In this document: positions 33,744-35,849 of the stretch, piece after piece
How positions within the stretch are numbered: position 1 is the stretch's first letter
How the letters are laid out: every line of letters begins with the position of its first letter
Source: an uncultured Chitinophaga sp.
GTDB taxonomy: Bacteria; Bacteroidota; Bacteroidia; M30B66
NCBI GenBank assembly: GCA_964627105.1
Contig: CAZVHF010000002.1
Span: 10,007-45,855, forward strand
Direction: 5' to 3'
Length of the DNA stretch: 35,849 bases
The notes under the pieces: model-generated
The model's input: only the letters and a program-made list of their open reading frames with translations
Told to the model about the DNA's origin: nothing
Databases searched by the model: none
Program-made: the position numbers and the translations under genes

Positions 33744-34490
33744 ATGAAAGATAAATTACAAGCTGTAATCGTAGATGATGAAGCAAAAGGCATAGAATTT
33801 CTGCAGTATACACTCGAAAAACACTGCCACGAAGTAGAGGTTATAAAAACTTTCACGGCACCGCTTGATGCACTCGACGAAATCCCTGTGCTAAAGCCCG
33901 ATATTCTTTTTATTGATGTCGAAATGCCCCGCATGAATGGGTTTGAACTGGTTGAGCGCCTTCAAAACAAAGGCATTAAAACCATTTTTGTAACAGCCTA
34001 CAACGAATACGCGCTTAAGGCATTCAGGGTGGCTGCGGTTGATTATTTGCTAAAACCTATCGATAGCGACGAGCTAAAAGAAGCCGTTCAAAAAGTAATC
34101 GATTCACGCGAAAATCCCGAAAGTGGCATTCAGGAGCTCCTACAGTTTATGAAGGCTCAGCAGGGCTTGAAAAAAATTCATATTTCGACCGATAAGGGCG
34201 TTTATTTTCTCGAGCCCGAGGATATTATTTATTGTACTTCAGATGGTTCTTACTGTGAATTGTTTCTGATGGACGGAAGTAAGTTGGTGTCATCGAAGTC
34301 CATCGGAGAGTTTGAAAAACTACTTACAGAAAAAGGTTTTTTCCGAATTCACCATTCTTCATTAATTAATGTGAACCATCTCAAAAAGTTTTCGAAGGTA
34401 GATGGCGGCTTTGTTGAAATGGTAAATGGAGTTGAATTGGCTGTTTCGCGCAGAAAGAAAGATGAATTTTTGGATTTCATCAATTTGTAA
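33744..34490 (+). CDS. LytR/AlgR family response regulator (receiver + LytTR DNA-binding domain)
   Basis: 248 aa. Receiver domain (AVIVDDE...PDILFIDVEMPRMNGFEL...IFVTAYNEYALKAF...DYLLKP). LytTR domain (IIYCTSDGSYCELFL.DGSKLVSSKSIGEFEKLL...FFRIHHSSLINVNHL). Lies 12 nt downstream of the kinase gene. Confidence 0.93.
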   Translation: MKDKLQAVIVDDEAKGIEFLQYTLEKHCHEVEVIKTFTAPLDALDEIPVLKPDILFIDVEMPRMNGFELVERLQNKGIKTIFVTAYNEYALKAFRVAAVDYLLKPIDSDELKEAVQKVIDSRENPESGIQELLQFMKAQQGLKKIHISTDKGVYFLEPEDIIYCTSDGSYCELFLMDGSKLVSSKSIGEFEKLLTEKGFFRIHHSSLINVNHLKKFSKVDGGFVEMVNGVELAVSRRKKDEFLDFINL

Positions 34491-34529
34491 ATGCCCTCTA
34501 TTACTGAAAAAGCATCAAGTAATCATGCG

Positions 34530-34580
34530 CCAGTTAAGGCCTAAACTCAACCATTTATATATTCATGTCTGCCACTTACA
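34530..34580 (+). promoter_or_regulatory. three phased 9-mers CCAGTTAAG-N12-CCATTTATA-N12-CCACTTACA (LytTR-box-like), upstream of the beta-helix lipoprotein gene
   Basis: 9-mers start at 34530, 34551 and 34572, exactly 21 bp apart, 57-107 nt upstream of the ATG at 34637. CCAGTTAAG matches the published LytTR consensus [TA][AC][CA]GTTN[AG][TG] at 8 of 9 positions. A near -7 box (CACTTTTG, 34612..34619) lies downstream. Confidence 0.45.
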
Positions 34581-34636
34581 AAGCCAACATTTTTTAAAGA
34601 CTACGAATATTCACTTTTGAATAAAAAACCAAACTT

Positions 34637-35848
34637 ATGGCTACAGTTTCATTTACCCGTTTAAGAAGCCTATCATTGGCTGCAATTGTATTTTTAACAA
34701 TCATTACAAGCGCATGCCGCCGCGATGAAGAGGACTCAGTGATTCCTTGTAACCAAATTACCAGCCCTACCACCTGGGCCGACCGAGGCGATGGGATTGA
34801 TTATCTTTTAGATTGTGACCTTGTTGTTTCTGCAAAACTTACTATTGCACCCGGTGTAGTTATTCAATGCAAAAACAACGCATCCATTACAATCGAGAAT
34901 AACGGTGCCCTGTCTGCTGTGGGCAGTGCAACTGCTCCGATTGTATTTCAGGGCGAATCGTCGTTAGCGGGCGTTTGGCAAGGATTGTATATTAAATCAA
35001 ACAGCCCCGAAAATGAATTGCGCCATTGCACGATTTCGAATGCGGGCTCCGGCTCATTCGACGGCGCCGATGTAAAAGCGGCTATTCGCCTTCGACAATC
35101 GTCGCTCGTTAAAATCCTGAATTGCACCATCAATAAAAGTGCACGCGATGGCATCTATATCGAAGGCTTCGATTCAGATTCGCAAAACCCAATCTCGGTG
35201 TATCAGACCAATACTATTTCGGAATGTGCCCGTTATCCGCTCAACATTTTGGGCGCAACCGTAAATGTGCTCGATGGCACCGGAAGTACTTACACCGCTA
35301 ATGCAAGCCAGTCTATTAACATCAGAGGTGGCCGGCTTTATGGCGATCATACCTGGAAAAAAACTAGTATTCCTTATCGTGTCGAGGCTATTGTTTCTGC
35401 CGGCTATTATGGCGATAATGGGAATCTTACGATAAACCCAGGTACAACCGTTCAGTTTGCCGGCGATGCGGGCCTATGCACTGGCGATTATTCAACAGGA
35501 TCATGGATGCGTATTGTGGGTTCTGCAACCGAACGCATTACATTAACCGGTGAAACGCAATTACCGGGCGCATGGAAAGGTCTTGCCTTCCAAAGCGAGA
35601 TGCCGCAGAATGCCATTCAGTTTGCCGATATCTCATTTGGTGGCAGCAGCTCGTTTACCGGAAATGGAAATCAGAAAGCAAACATTCGGGCCGGCTCATG
35701 GTCGGCAGGGAGTTTTACCATTTCTGATGCAACTGTAAGCGGAAGTATTGGGTATGGCGTTTATGCCACAATGCCTTCGCCCGAAATTACGCTACCCGGA
35801 TCGGTTGTGTTTTCGGGCAATGCTTCAGGCGATTATTTTCATGAGTAA
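34637..35848 (+). CDS. right-handed parallel beta-helix repeat lipoprotein, 5' partial (runs off the right edge)
   Basis: 403 aa or more with no stop in the window. Lipobox (LTIITSAC). Gly/Asn/Ser/Thr/Ile-rich beta-helix-type sequence with two homologous modules. Confidence 0.65.
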   Translation: MATVSFTRLRSLSLAAIVFLTIITSACRRDEEDSVIPCNQITSPTTWADRGDGIDYLLDCDLVVSAKLTIAPGVVIQCKNNASITIENNGALSAVGSATAPIVFQGESSLAGVWQGLYIKSNSPENELRHCTISNAGSGSFDGADVKAAIRLRQSSLVKILNCTINKSARDGIYIEGFDSDSQNPISVYQTNTISECARYPLNILGATVNVLDGTGSTYTANASQSINIRGGRLYGDHTWKKTSIPYRVEAIVSAGYYGDNGNLTINPGTTVQFAGDAGLCTGDYSTGSWMRIVGSATERITLTGETQLPGAWKGLAFQSEMPQNAIQFADISFGGSSSFTGNGNQKANIRAGSWSAGSFTISDATVSGSIGYGVYATMPSPEITLPGSVVFSGNASGDYFHE

Positions 35849-35849
35849 T

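Noticed and set aside
34426-34620. 64-aa plus-strand ORF bridging the response-regulator 3' end and the downstream intergenic region
   Set aside because: It overlaps the LytTR gene in another frame. The remainder covers the AT-rich region holding the phased 9-mers, and nothing supports coding.
1-35849. Search for mobile elements, defence systems (restriction-modification, CRISPR-Cas, toxin-antitoxin, abortive infection), prophage remnants or tRNA/rRNA genes
   Set aside because: No transposase, integrase, nuclease or ATPase signatures appear in any ORF. No terminal inverted repeats flank any block, and no cloverleaf-like or rRNA-like sequence appears in the short intergenic regions. Composition looks uniform by eye, so I see no support for a horizontally acquired island.

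Overview
This looks like a chromosomal segment from a gliding, T9SS-bearing member of the Bacteroidota. Evidence for that placement: gldD, gldH, a PorP/SprF gene, a type-B T9SS C-terminal sorting domain and TAnnTTTG-type -7 boxes. I call 26 protein-coding genes, two of them truncated by the window edges. I see no rRNA, tRNA, CRISPR array, transposase or integrase.

The left 13.5 kb is densely packed housekeeping:
- LTA-synthase-like fragment, S41 protease, yidD, rnpA, hemD-like gene, DUF4271 gene
- citrate synthase, heme A synthase
- gldD-ssb
- gldH-PSP1/ricT-holB
- M23 peptidase, GH3-family enzyme

Four blocks deserve attention:
1. 13.5-16 kb: a co-directional triad of predicted lipoproteins (lipocalin-like, LpoB-like, large TPR-like protein).
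2. 15.9-28.4 kb: a three-gene T9SS type-B cargo module. It encodes a 3015-aa adhesin-like protein, its cognate PorP/SprF-like outer-membrane protein, and a TPR+PD40+OmpA_C protein. The giant protein contains FG-GAP repeats, a CARDB-like domain, 21 Ig/PKD-like repeats of about 82 aa, and a duplicated two-domain cadherin-like cassette.
3. 29.0-30.4 kb: an animal-type glutamate dehydrogenase that carries an antenna-like insertion.
4. 30.5-35.8 kb: a sensor kinase (Reg_prop/Y_Y_Y beta-propeller sensor with a LytS-type kinase core) plus a LytTR response regulator. The pair is flanked on both sides by CCAnTTAnn 9-mers phased exactly 21 bp apart (LytTR-box-like). The downstream set lies in front of a beta-helix lipoprotein gene.

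All functional calls rest on motif or domain recognition by eye. No database search was run.
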